Shown in pieces: positions 12,936 through 24,821 of a stretch of DNA of 64,000 nt; positions within the stretch are counted from its first letter, which is position 1; the number at the start of each line of letters is the position of its first letter. Made by a program: the position numbers and the translations under genes. Where the stretch lies: assembly GCF_018350175.1 (NCBI RefSeq), contig NC_058373.1:103542001-103606000 (forward strand), written 5' to 3'. The notes under the pieces were generated by a model, which saw only the letters and a program-made list of their open reading frames with translations, was not told where the DNA came from and did not search any database. The DNA is from Felis catus. Its lineage: Eukaryota.

Positions 12936-13073
12936 GAAGTTTCCACCCCCCCCCCTCACACACATACACACAGTTCTACTGAATCAAATGCACAGGGATG
13001 AGTGCTGAAAAATCTTCATTTGTAATGAGCAAAAGGGCTGAGGTAGAAATATATTTTTAAAAACATATTCCCA

Positions 13074-13283
13074 GGGTCCCTGTGTGGTTCAGTCGGTTAA
13101 GTGTCCAACTTTGGCTCAGGTCATGATCTTGCAGTTTGTGAGTTTGAGCCTCGCGTCAGGCTCTGTGCTGATGGCTCGGGGCCTGGAACCTGTTTCAGAT
13201 TCTATGACTCCCTCTCTCTCTGCCCCTCCCCCACTCACAGTCTGTCTCTCAAAAAATAAACATTTAAAAAAATAAAATAAAAT
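13074..13283 (+). mobile_element. Can-SINE inserted in a MER5-like hAT MITE
   Basis: TSD TAAAAACATATTCCC on both sides; flanks 'ctactgaatca..' and 'aattctgatgc..gaaccactg' are MER5-like. Confidence 0.92.
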
Positions 13284-13800
13284 AAAAACATATTCCCCAG
13301 TTAATTCTGATGCCCATTATAGTAGGGGAACCACTGCTGAAAGGGCCTAGGAGAGAGCCTAGCGTATTGTATATAAGCAATAAAAGTTCTGTAAATAAAC
13401 ACTAAGTGGATATCTAGGAGAGGAACATGGTGCAGACAGGGCAGGGGAGAGGACTAGAAAGGCCCTCAGTAGGACAATGGGCAGCTACTTCCATTAAAAA
13501 GAGGGTTGAGGTCATGCAGTGGGGGCAGGGGGACAGGGGTGACCTGGCCATTGTAAGTCTCTCCAGTGAAGACTAAGTGGAATCATTGACTGAGAGACCT
13601 CTTCTGTGGCTTGTCTCCATCTCCTTTCCCTGCGCTTGTTCTCCACAACATAGCTTTTTCTTAATTGCTTCTCCCGGGCAGGGTTAGCCAGCTTTCACCT
13701 TTGTAGCCGAGGGGAACCACAGAGCCCATTTGGCCAAGGGCCCAAGGTTTATTGTGGTTGGCTACACCCTGCTTCCTCATGCTCCTCCCTGCTCCTCTTT

Positions 13801-14030
13801 TTTTTTTCTAAATTTTTTTTTTCAACGTTTTTTTATTTTATTTTTGGGACAGAGAGAGACAGAGCATGAACGGGGGAGGGGCGGAGAGAGAGGGAGACAC
13901 AGAATCGGAAACAGGCTCCAGGCTCTGAGCCATCAGCCCAGAGCCTGACGTGGGGCTCGAACTCCCGGACCGTGAGATCGTGACCTGGCTGAAGTCGGAC
14001 GCTTAACCGACTGCGCCACCCAGGCGCCCC
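13801..14030 (-). mobile_element. Can-SINE (SINEC_Fc), young subfamily
   Basis: Full body; TSD CCTGCTCCTCTTTTT. Confidence 0.97.
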
Positions 14031-14060
14031 CCTGCTCCTCTTTTTAAAAAGGGAAAAATT

Positions 14061-14295
14061 GGGGCACCTCAGTGGCTCAGTCAGTTAAGCATCCGGCTTC
14101 AGCTCAGGTCATGATCTCACAGTTTATGAGTCCAAGCCCCACATCAGGCTGTCTGCTGTCAGCACAGAGCCCACTTCAGATCCCCTGTCCCACCTCCACC
14201 CCCCACCATCTCTCTCTCTCTGCCCCTCCCCTGCTGGTCCTCTTTCTCTCTCTCTCTCCCCCTCACCTCTCAAAATAAATGAATAAACTTTAAAA
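14061..14295 (+). mobile_element. Can-SINE, older copy
   Basis: Head GGGGCACCTCAGTGGCTCAG, CT-rich region, AATAAA tail. Confidence 0.93.
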
Positions 14296-14459
14296 GGGGC
14301 GAGGGGGGTTTATTTCTTCCGTCCTCTGCAGACCAGCAGATGAATCAGCCAAAATTTTTAACTGGTGACACATGAATATATCACAAATTCCAGGTGAATG
14401 TATCCAAATGAATATATTCCAAATTGTAGGTAACAGACCAGTAAACACAGTCCTTCCAA

Positions 14460-14875
14460 AGCCATGGTTTTCTACCTTGGATGCATATTGGAATCATCTG
14501 GGGAGCTTTTAAAAGAAATGGCTGAACCACACATGGCTCTTAAATGCAGAGAACGAACTGAGGGCGGATGGGGGGTGGGGGAGGGGGGAAAATGGGTGAT
14601 GGGCATTGGGGAGGATGAGCTTGTTGGGATCCCACTTGTTGGGATGAGCACCGGGTATTGTATGTAAGCCAATCTGACAATAAATTATAGTAAGTAGGTA
14701 AATACATACATACATACATACATACATACATACATACATACATACATAAAAGAACTGCCTGGTGTCAAACCCAGAGATTCTGAGATATTGGTTTCAGGTA
14801 CATCCTGGGCTTTGGGGATTTCTAGAAGCTCCTCAAGGGATTCTGATGTGCACCAGAGTTGAGAATGACAGCTCC
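14460..14875 (+). mobile_element. MER5A-like MITE split by a short carnivore L1 3' end (about 14530-14746) with a (TACA)n tail
   Basis: MER5 left 'gaatcatctggggagctttt' and right 'cccagagattctga..gattctgatgtgcac'; L1 3'UTR 'aaatgggtgatgggcatt..gggatgagcac'; diverged TSD TAAAAGAAATGGCTG / TAAAAGAACTGCCTG. Confidence 0.8.
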
Positions 14876-15311
14876 AGCAACATCATCATCTGAGAAGTTC
14901 TAATGGTAGAGTCTTCAAGCATCCTGACAAGTCAGTCTGTGGAAGGGTAGTTGGGGGCAGGAGGGCATCAAACCACACCACCCTGACCTTGAGCTGAATT
15001 GAAGGGTGGCTCACCAAAACACGTGCTCAAGTCCCTGCTAAATTGTCTCTAGAAATGGAAGGAGATGGAGAAAACTATACTAGGACACGTTTCAGGGACA
15101 GAATTGCAACACGTTGGAAGGAATTCTCCGATAAATAGCTTGAAGTATAACATGATTAAAACCCCAAAAGGCATGCTCTGAGGGGCAATGCATGGTTGCC
15201 AAATTGTCTTCTATGAAGAAGGAGTTCAGTTAACCACAGGAGTTTTGTTTTGTTCATTGGGAATTAGAAATTTGGGGCCAGAAAGAAAAAAAAAAAAGAA
15301 ATTTGGGGCCA

Positions 15312-15506
15312 GGGCACCTGGGTGGCTCAGTTGGTTAAGTGTCTGATTCTCGATTTCAGCTCAGGTCATGATCTCACTGTTTGTGAGTTCGAGCCCCACT
15401 TCGGGCTCTGTGCTGGCAGTGTGGAGCCTGCTTGGGATTCTCTCTCTTGCCCTCTCTTTATCCCTCTCCCCCCAGCCTCAAAATAAATAAATAAACTCTA
15501 AAAAAA
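15312..15506 (+). mobile_element. Can-SINE
   Basis: Full body; TSD AGAAATTTG(G/T)GGCCAG. Confidence 0.95.
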
Positions 15507-15854
15507 AGAAATTTGTGGCCAGACCTGCAGTGTTGACACTAGTAGCTGCTGTTCCCCAACCTTCCCACCTTAAGGCTTAAGGCTTTTCTACATATTGAAC
15601 AAAATTGTAGAGAATATCAGTTTGAATAGGATCCAAGTTAAGCAGTTCTCTTGTCTCAGTCTTGTACCTGCCCATCAGTTCCTCTGCCTCCCTGTAAAAA
15701 ACCTCTCGTCTAGGTCCTGCCTCTGCAAAGACAGGGACATCCAGCCCAGATTGCCATTTGGTAATGAAGGGGGAAACTCAAAAGCAGTGCTTTCTTCTGA
15801 GACAGCATTTTTATTGCTTCTATTGTAAAACCTCTAGCCAATTTAGATTAGATT

Positions 15855-16079
15855 TTTTTTTTAAATTTTTTTTTCCACATTTTTATTTATTTTTGGGACA
15901 GAGAGAGACAGAGCATGAATGGGGGAGGGGCAGAGAGAGAGGGAGACACAGAATCAGAAACAGGCTCCAGGCTCTGAGCCATCAGCCCAGAGCCTGACGC
16001 GGGGCTCGAACTCACGGACCGCGAGATCGTGACCTGGCTGAAGTCGGACGCTTAACCGACTGCGCCACCCAGGCGCCCC
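15855..16079 (-). mobile_element. Can-SINE (SINEC_Fc), young subfamily
   Basis: Full body; TSD TAGATTAGATTTTT. Confidence 0.97.
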
Positions 16080-16796
16080 TAGATTAGATTTTTTAAATTG
16101 CGCAGTTATAAAATATTTTTGCCAAGATATGTCAGTGTTTTTTTAAATCCATACTGATGGCTGATATTTAAGCGTTTTAAAAAATTTACTTCTTTTTTAA
16201 TTCCTAGACTTTCTTAACAGATACATAAATGAAGGCATAGTTTACCTAAAAAGGGATCTTGAGTGGAAAGAAACATCTTTCTGGCAATAAATAGCTACAT
16301 TCCCCAGTAGAGGGGCGTTGAAGGTCTTGTAACCACCATCGGAACTCGGCCTGGGATCTGTATGCAACCACACAGCTAGCTCATTTTCAAAGTCATGACC
16401 CATTTGCTTGGGCCGCTGCCAAAGGGGTGTCTTATACGTTATAGTTATAAGACAGCTACCTTATAACTATAATACCTTATACCTATAATACCTTATAAGG
16501 TAATTCAGTTACCTTATAGTTAACTGAATTTAACAATCACCTTAAAACCAAGCCCTGGAATAGGCGTTTGGTAGTTGTGGTCTCTCCCCTCCAAGAATTT
16601 ATAATCCTAATGGGGAGAGAAGGTACATACTCCCGTACTAAGCAGTTATATAGCAAACTACGTCTCAGCATAGATAGATGACAGAACACGTACCCATATT
16701 TTAACTCAGTTATTTCGCCCACAAAATGGAATAATAATGCTTAACCACAAGATGGTTGCTAAGTGAAATAACTATGTCATTTGAATACAATATATA

Positions 16797-17030
16797 TTTT
16801 TTTTATGTTCAGGGAACTTTTTAAAAAATGTTTATTTATTTATTTTTGGGAAAGAGAGAGAGAAGACAAGCAGGGGAGGGGCAGGGAGAGAGGGAGACAG
16901 AATCCGAAGCAGGCTCCAGGCTCTGAGCTGTAGCACACAGATCCTGACGTGGGGCCAGAACCCACGAACTGTGAGATCATGACCTGAGCCGAAGTCAGAC
17001 GCTTAGGCGACTGAGCCACCCAGGTGCCCC
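16797..17030 (-). mobile_element. Can-SINE inserted in a MIR
   Basis: Full body; TSD TGAATA(C/A)AATAT. Confidence 0.94.
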
Positions 17031-19600
17031 TGAATAAAATATTTAAACCCCAAGCATACAGTAATAGCTCAAGAAATGTTATTTCTTTTCCATCTAATAA
17101 TCAAGGGGAGAACTTGAAGATCACCAGGGCTAGTATCTTCATTTTCAAGGTAAAACTCAGAAAGGTGAAATGAATAGCCCAAAGTCACACAGCTAGATAG
17201 AGGCAGAGCTAATAACCAAAGAAAGAAACTGTATTTTTCTTTGGATTTCTCAGAAAGTGATTGCCAGGGTTCTTCAAAATTCCATATTGCCCCCTAAAAG
17301 GAGAGCCCCAGAGCAATAACCTGAGGTCGTTTAAACGACAAAATAGAAGCCCCCCCACCTAGGTTTAAAGCCAGAGTCATCTGTTTTCAGTTGAGAAAGC
17401 TGCTAATGGCTCTTACCAGGCCTTTCCCAGTTGAAGCACAGAACCAAAACATTTGCAGCCTGAGGATTCCCTCCCACTGCTTGTAGATCAAACACAAACA
17501 GAAGCAGTGGGAGGCCGGGCCATCTCTAACTGAGAGAATCAATATCAATGAAACAGACAAAATCCCAAAATCTCAAAATAATGAAAACAAAGATATCCAA
17601 GTAATAAAATCTGCTAGAATCACAAAGACAACACAACTCCGATCTCAGCTGGCTAAAAGAAAGTGTCCATTAACAAGGGATTAACACAAGGGAAGTACAC
17701 AACCAGTCAATAGGAAATGAAAACATTTCACACAGCCTAGTCGCATTTGAGCCCACCCTAGGATTATGGATGAGGGTGTGTTGAGATGGTGTGGTTCTGA
17801 CTACAGAAAGACTGTTTCCGGAAAGCATCAGCCAGATGCCAACGTAAAGAAACACCCCAAACTGCTATTTGTTGCACTGAAAATTTGGAACTGATAAGCC
17901 AGAAGATAAGGCAGAACTCTGATTAACAGCCCTTTAGTAGTCTTGTGCATTGCCATTTTCAAATTAAAATTTGAAGGAAAGCCTCGATCAAAAGAAAGGG
18001 GGAAGGGAAAACAAACAAAAATAAAAACCTATGGAATAAAATTGTATTAGCTTATTATAAAATAAGTAAAATGGCATCCCCATGCCCAATATGAAGATAA
18101 TGTGGGCACTTTTCAGTATAAAATATTACAGTTTGGGTGAAATCAAAAGCAAATATCAAAAGTGAATGTAGTTGAGCAGCACGCATAAATTAGTACAATA
18201 ATTATATTCTTCTAATGGCTGTGATATTCCCAGTTAACAACCAAGCAGCCCATAGAGTTGAATCAAAAGTATGCTATTTATATGATAAAATTCAAACATT
18301 TCTGCAAGGGTTAACATCTAAAGTAAAACAATTTTTTTTTCCTGCTCATTTTATTTGAGGAAAAAGCTATAACCTACCTCCATTTGATTACTATATTTGT
18401 AACCAAGTGCCCTGATTTCAGATAAAATGGATCTCGTGGGTTTGTTTGTTAATCCTTAGCAACTCTGAGAAGATTGCCAATTTAAAAACCTGCCCGGCCC
18501 CATGAGCACATGAAGCTCTGTACTCTGAACTGTGCCTTGGCCTGAAAATGTGAGTTGGGCCCCTGGAAACTTACCACAAAGAAAAGCAACAGAAAGGGAC
18601 AGAGAAGAAGGAATGGCCAAAGTTTGAATCCCTCATAGATGCTGAACAGACAGCAGTTCAGACCACCAAGTAGGAAATGAGCCCAATAATCACTGTAGCT
18701 CACAGCTAAGGGGCCATGGTTCACAATGTCGAATCAGGGCAAACCATCACACATTTGATCTGCAGTGGGATAGATTATTTGTAAGTGAGACTGCCTCCAA
18801 GTCTGACTAATCCAGAAGGGTTTCCCTATGATGGATGCGTCACCATTCCAGAAGAAATTCATAATCGCGATGGCTTCTTCCGTTCCTTCTGGAGTTCTGT
18901 AGTCCAGGGTCCTATCTCATCAACTGCTGTCTCTGAAAACCCTCTCTTCCACAGGTTTTATGTCTACACGTGTGTGTATATACAAGCTCAGGTAAATCAC
19001 TCATGTGTTTTCCAATTACTAATTTCCAATTCCTCATTTCATATACTTAGCAACCCATGTCTCCTAAGGAGAAAACATTCTAGCAAAAATATGAAGCTTA
19101 GTCCCAAAAGCTTATTACTTAAATGCAATGGAGTTGAGGCAGGTCTTTGGGGCTATTAGTAAAGGCTTAGATAGAAGAGATAAGAGTAGTTTTGGAATTG
19201 TTTTCTAAATCTAGCTGTTGGGAACATCTTTTCATGTAGATGCTCTCCCAACCTTTAAAAGAAAAAACATTCCTTAGCAAAAGTGGCAAGTCTTAGTGTA
19301 CCTCACTGTTCTTTTTTTTTTTTTTTTTAATTTCCCTAAGCAGAGACTATGTTAATATTGTTCACTTGAACTACAGTGAATTGTGTGCATTCACAACCAT
19401 CCATGGGGAATTTTGAGGGATACCCAAACTTCTCTCCTTGCTGGGATTTCAACAGGGTGCCTTACATCAACAAACCTCGGATGCCTGCTATGTGCCAGTC
19501 ACAGGGAATATGAAAAATAAGAGGTTCCTCAGGAGGATGCGAAGTATTTAAGACACATGCATGGGTTTTGAAATCGGGTCACCCTATGATCCAATCTCAA

Positions 19601-20073
19601 AGTGACAGACAATATAGTTACTTGCCTAATTGTTCTCCCCTTATCCTTGCTAAAAGAATCCCACTTTGGGAACTTTGTTCAGATAAAAGTGCTGTTTCTT
19701 GGACATTCATGCAGATAGAGGTGGCCATGAGACATGAGATGGTTGGATATGGATGTGAATTCTGGCAAAACTTATTAGGAAAGGCAGCCTCAGCTGGCAG
19801 CGTCCTTCGCCTCTCTGCCCTCCTTGTCCCTTCTTCCTGCCAGAGTTCTAGCAGCCATGTGGCAATGATGAATCCGAGGACACAAGCCAACACACTGTGA
19901 ATGGCAGAGTGGAAAGACAAAGAGCCTGGGTCCCTGGGAATTTTGAGACAGTACAGGGACCCTAGACTGCCTCCCCATGACGTCTTGTTGCGTGAACCCA
20001 GTGAACTCCAACTTGCTTAAACCACCAGTTGTCAGATATTCTACTATTTGTAGCCAAGGTACCTCTGACTGAT
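19601..20073 (+). mobile_element. MaLR solo LTR (MLT1I/J-like) inserted in a MIR
   Basis: 'gcagccatgtgg..aagccaacacactg..tggcagagtggaaaga..gagcctgggtccctg', ending 'tttgtagccaa..tgactgata'; MIR core resumes at about 20080. Confidence 0.75.
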
Positions 20074-20206
20074 AAACTAATGTCTCTGAGCTTCATTTCC
20101 TTATCTGCAAAATAGGCATGGGAAACACCAACTGTGACGATTTGCTGTAAAGCCTAGTTAGTATATGTATAATTCCTATCACAACGCCTGACTCACAGTA
20201 AAGCTA

Positions 20207-20240
<34 letters not shown>

Positions 20241-21229
20241 TATTAGTAAGATTGAAGTATTGCTTTTTCTGTGGCAAAACTTTGGCAAAGCAGAGCCAAG
20301 CTTTCCCTGAGATGAGGACTGTCTTCTGGGCAAGGTGCTGAGGTCATATTGGGGTAGAACCGGCTGATTGAACTCAGCTTTATGAGGACGCTTACCTTAG
20401 CAGGAGGGTTTATAAATAGTCAATATCCAAAAACTGTGTCCCTTTGGCCTTAGTTTAGGAGATTTTTCTGGCTTGTTGCTAATGCATACTAGCTATTTTT
20501 AACACTTGGAGAGCAAACTGTTGCTTTCTTTATAGTGAAACCAAATCCCTTGGCTGCATTTTATTCCTGACCAGCAAACTGCAAAATTAGCATCTAATAG
20601 CTTGTTTCAATTAAAAACCAGAAAAACATTCTTTGGCGACCACAGGCTTTTTGCCTCCAAAGTTAGCACTTCTTTTTTATTTCCTGAATATGTGAAATCA
20701 CCCTAATTCTGATTTATGTAGCGTGATATGCGTTGGCTTCCTGGTTTCGATTTTGTGGCCAAAATGATCAGTTGTTGCTCATGTTTTTAAGCCTGTATAA
20801 ATTAGTTTTCCTTGAAGCCTGTTGATATATTGGTCCAGCACAACCAATATGAGGGGCTTAAAAATAAATCCTGTGTGACGGTTTAGAGCATCCTCTGTGA
20901 TGTACATCCCAGTATCAAGACACTGGCCTTCTTACCCTCTCCCAGACCCTTCCATTGCTTTGCTACAGTTTGGCTCAGCAACTTCAGATAAGCCCATTTA
21001 GAATGCTAGTCAATGATGGTTGAAATTTTATCACGGCTACACCAAACCAAATCAACCCAAACCAAACCAAAAACACCTGCTTGTTAGGGGACCCGTTTGA
21101 GGAGTGATAACCAGAATAAATGGCCAAAATAAATCTTACGGTCAGTTAAGTAGGAGTTTTCCATACCACAGAGATTTCAGTCAACTATTCCTAGATATTT
21201 CAAGTTTCTCAGTTGTCTACAGGAAGCGC

Positions 21230-21569
21230 GAGGCTGGTGTTCTTCCACAGGAGCATAATCTGAACCACTAACGGGAAACATACATGTAATTTTAAGCTTT
21301 GTAGTAGTCCCATTGAAATGAAAGTCAAAAGACCCAGGTAAAATGAATTTCAGTAATATATTTTACTTAACCCTAAAATACACCCACATTACTGTCATTC
21401 CAACATACAATCAATAACACAAAATGAGATAGTTTTACATTCTTTTTTTTTGTATTCAGTCCTTAACATCTGGTGTGTATTTTACACATACAACACATCT
21501 CAGCTCAGATTAGTCACATTTCAGATGTTCAATAGCTACATGTGGCCAGTGGCTAGTGTACTAGATAGC
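21230..21569. mobile_element. hAT-Charlie MITE (MER33/MER3-like)
   Basis: 'tagtcacatttcagatgttcaatagctacatgtggccagtggcta' terminal motif and 'atattttacttaacc' internal motif. Confidence 0.8.
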
Positions 21570-22022
21570 TATGTTCTAAGTCCTAACGTTTCATGTGCTG
21601 CCTTGACGTCTTTGAGCCTCACGGGGGCCCCCAAGTCCTGAGTAGGAGTTCCCCTGCTCTTGCCACCCAGTGGGAAAGGCTCCCAAAGCTAGTTGCCCCG
21701 GCAGCCAGACCAGCTGCGCTCCACCTGGTCCTCAACAAGCCAATCACATCCTCCTCTGGGAACCGGAAGTCACCTCACTTTCTTGCTACTATGAAGCTCC
21801 TCCCACAGCCCCTGCGGCTTCCCTTTGCTCCCCGGTGCAATCCCTATGTGGCTCCGTGTGGCATGTGGTATCCCCCTCCCCCAAGCTGTATGTATGTGGG
21901 TCTAATAAACTGCTGTCAATATCCTCTGTTCTGTCCAGTGTCACGTATTCCGCTCTCTCCAGAACCCTAGGGCAAGGTTCTCTCTCCCCCCGCAATGAGG
22001 TGAAGAGGAGGTGAGCAAAACA
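21570..22022 (+). mobile_element. Solo ERV LTR, about 450 bp, probably carnivore-specific
   Basis: 5-bp TSD ATAGC (21565-21569 / 22023-22027), ends in CA, with a CCAAT box, an ETS site CCGGAAGT and AATAAA at 21904 in U3-R-U5 order. Confidence 0.8.
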
Positions 22023-22399
22023 ATAGCATGGGTCTATACTTTTAAAGAGAGTTTTCGAGTCAATTTTTCAAAAACATCTGGAGGAATTTGGACTCCTCTA
22101 TTAGCTTTCTCACATTTACATTACCTGAAAAAGTTTACTTGTACCCTTGTCTGTAAATGCATTTTCTTATTCTGTTAATGTTTTTGGTATTCCACGATGC
22201 TAATCTTTTAGCTCAGCCTCGCAGCTGATTACGTGTGGGTTCTGTATTATTTTGTTGCATGTTCTGATCTTTAGTGCTCATGCTGAAGGTGACCGACAAA
22301 ATCATCATTATTGGACAATAAGATGACTTCACTTCAAAGATAAAGGGCTACTCCATGGCAAACCACTCATTTAGTCTGAAAAGGATGATAAATACCCAG

Positions 22400-22960
22400 C
22401 TGCCCTGGCTTTTCCTGCGCCTGTGGCAAGATCACTGAGCCAGCTCTCCACCTCTGAATCCTCTGGACATTGGAGATGAAATCTTATTGTCATCTCCGGT
22501 CTAGAGACCCTGAGCTATCCTTGAACCTTCTTCCTGATCTGCCACCTGTATACAGCAACCAGTGGGCTGCTGTCCCCTCCCCCAACATACTACTTGCAAA
22601 GCATCTTTTGAACATATACATATATATCCCTTCTCCATGCCCTTTGCCCAAGCTTTCATCCAGGTCTTCAGAGTGCCTAAGGTGAGCCATCAGACTCCTG
22701 TTTCAATGGGTCTCCCTGTCTCCAGGCCATCTACCTTCCCTCCGTCCTCTGCTCTGCGACCCAGGTGGTCCAAATCTCAGAGTTCATTAATGACTTTTTC
22801 GTCTTAAACATCTCCAACTGCTCTTCACTGCTACCAGGCAACCCCCAAATCCCTGAACCTGACAATCAAGACTGTTAACAATCAGGCCCAATAGACCTTT
22901 TCATTTTAATCTTCGGCCTCCTTGTCTCATTAATCCCCATTCCAAATTATTTCCAGACAA
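22400..22960 (+). mobile_element. L2 fragment
   Basis: C-rich L2 motifs 'gcccaagctttcatc..gggtctccctgtctcc..ttaaacatctccaactgctcttcactgc'. Confidence 0.55.
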
Positions 22961-24170
22961 ATCCAGCACCTTCATTCTATGGTATCTTTATGGAAGCTGG
23001 CTCTCCGCTTGCCTTGACTTGTCCCTAATTCCTACCTCAAAAAAAGAAAAAAAAGAAAAGAAAAAGAAATAGAGACTGGATTGAACCTATGAAAGGAAAA
23101 CCACACGTTGCAATGTCGGACACTGCCTTGTGGCACACAATGAAGCCCCAAGTCCTCCCTCATGGGCCAAGCACAGCTTATTGTCAGCCACGCTAGACAC
23201 GAAAGATAGCCGTGAGTCACCAGCTGCTCCCAACAGATTTATTTGTGTGATTTGCGTTATCGGTAAAAGTGGCTGTAAAGAAAAAGCGTATCTGTAAACG
23301 CATAATAAAATGAAAATTGCATTTCACTTCATTATAGTTTATGGAGGCTCACTTGGCAAAGATGGCTCCTAGAGAAGAGGGTAAGGAACAGTCATTGCTG
23401 CGTTCAGTCAGAAGGAGCAGTAAATCCTGGCTCTATCAATTAGTTCAGGTGCGTAGCCTCTCTGGCCTCAGCGTTCTCATCTGTAAAATGCAGATAATAA
23501 GTTACCTACCTCCTGGAATTTTAGAAGGATGAAGCGAGAAAATCGATATTATGTACTTACCCAGGACATACAAATAGTGCTACTGGTCTATCACATGTTT
23601 ATTTTTAACTCTTACATTTATCACAGTAATTAATCCTAGCGAGAAAATTGTCTCTGATTGGAAAAACACGTTAGTAAATGCCTGCTATGGAGTATGGAAC
23701 CCCAAGGTTTTTTTTGTTTATTTGTTGGGGGGCATTTTTTTTTTTTTTACCGTAAGAGTATGCTATTTCTACTAACCCTAGTGGTGATGAGAACCAGAGG
23801 GAAGAGATATCTTGGTGTCTCCCATACCTGGCACTGAATAAAAGCAGCAGGCTCCCCTATCCACAGGCTGGCGACTAAACTTTTGTTAGAGTTCCATCAT
23901 CCTTATCAGTTATTTACCCACATTTTTCAGCCTGGAGAAATTTCAGGGTTTTTTTCCCAAAACACTGGTGCCTTAAACAAAAGGTGCAAGAGTGTAGGAA
24001 GAGGAATCTTGCCAGGGAGGCAGGGAGGCACAGAAGAGAGAATGTGCCAGTGCTGAGAAATTAGCATCTTAAATGAAGAAGGAAGGGACTAAATATTTAT
24101 TGAATATCTACCTCACACAGGTCCTTTGCTGGGTAAGTTATACAATAATAAAAACAACATTAGCTATCTT

Positions 24171-24396
24171 TTTTTTTTTTTAATTTTTTTTTTCAACGTT
24201 TATTTATTTTTGGGACAGAGAGAGACAGAGCATGAACGGGGGAGGGGCAGAGAGAGAGGGAGACACAGAATCAGAAACAGGCTCCAGGCTCTGAGCCATC
24301 AGCCCAGAGCCCGACGCGGGGCTCGAACTCATGGACTGCGAGATCGTGACCTGGCTGAAGTCGGACACTTAACTGACTGCGCCACCCAGGCGCCCC
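24171..24396 (-). mobile_element. Can-SINE (SINEC_Fc), young subfamily
   Basis: Full body; TSD AGCTATCTTTTT. Confidence 0.97.
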
Positions 24397-24589
24397 AGCT
24401 ATCTTTTTAAAATAATAACCATTTGCCATCCATTGTACTAATTGTCTTACATACCTTTTCTTTTCTTTTTTTTTTTCAGTTTATTCTCATGACAATGTTG
24501 TAAGCATTTAGGTAGTTATCTCCATTTTATGGAGGAGGAACTGAAGCTCAGAGAGGCTAAGTAATTTGTCCAAGATCACACAGCTAGTT

Positions 24590-24821
24590 TTTTTTTCTTA
24601 ATTTTTTTTTAATGTTTATTTACTTTGGAGAGACAGAGAGAGACAAAGTGTGAGCGGGAAGGGGCAGAGAGAGAGAGAGAGAGAAAGACAAAGAATCTGC
24701 AGAGGTCCCAGGCTCTGAGCTGTCAGCACAGAGCCCGACGCAGGGCTCGAACTCACAAGGCGTGAGATCATGACCAGAGCCGAAGTCGGACGCTTAACCG
24801 ACTGGGCCACCCAGGCACCCC
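24590..24821 (-). mobile_element. Can-SINE inserted in a MIR (MIR about 24420-24910, - strand)
   Basis: TSD CACACAGCTAGTT (24577-24589 / 24822-24834); MIR core 'ccattttatggaggaggaactgaagctcagagaggctaagtaa'. Confidence 0.95.

Noticed and set aside
23338..23380. 43-nt segment between an AG acceptor-like site and a GTAAGG donor
   Set aside because: Weak polypyrimidine tract, no identifiable partner exons or protein match.
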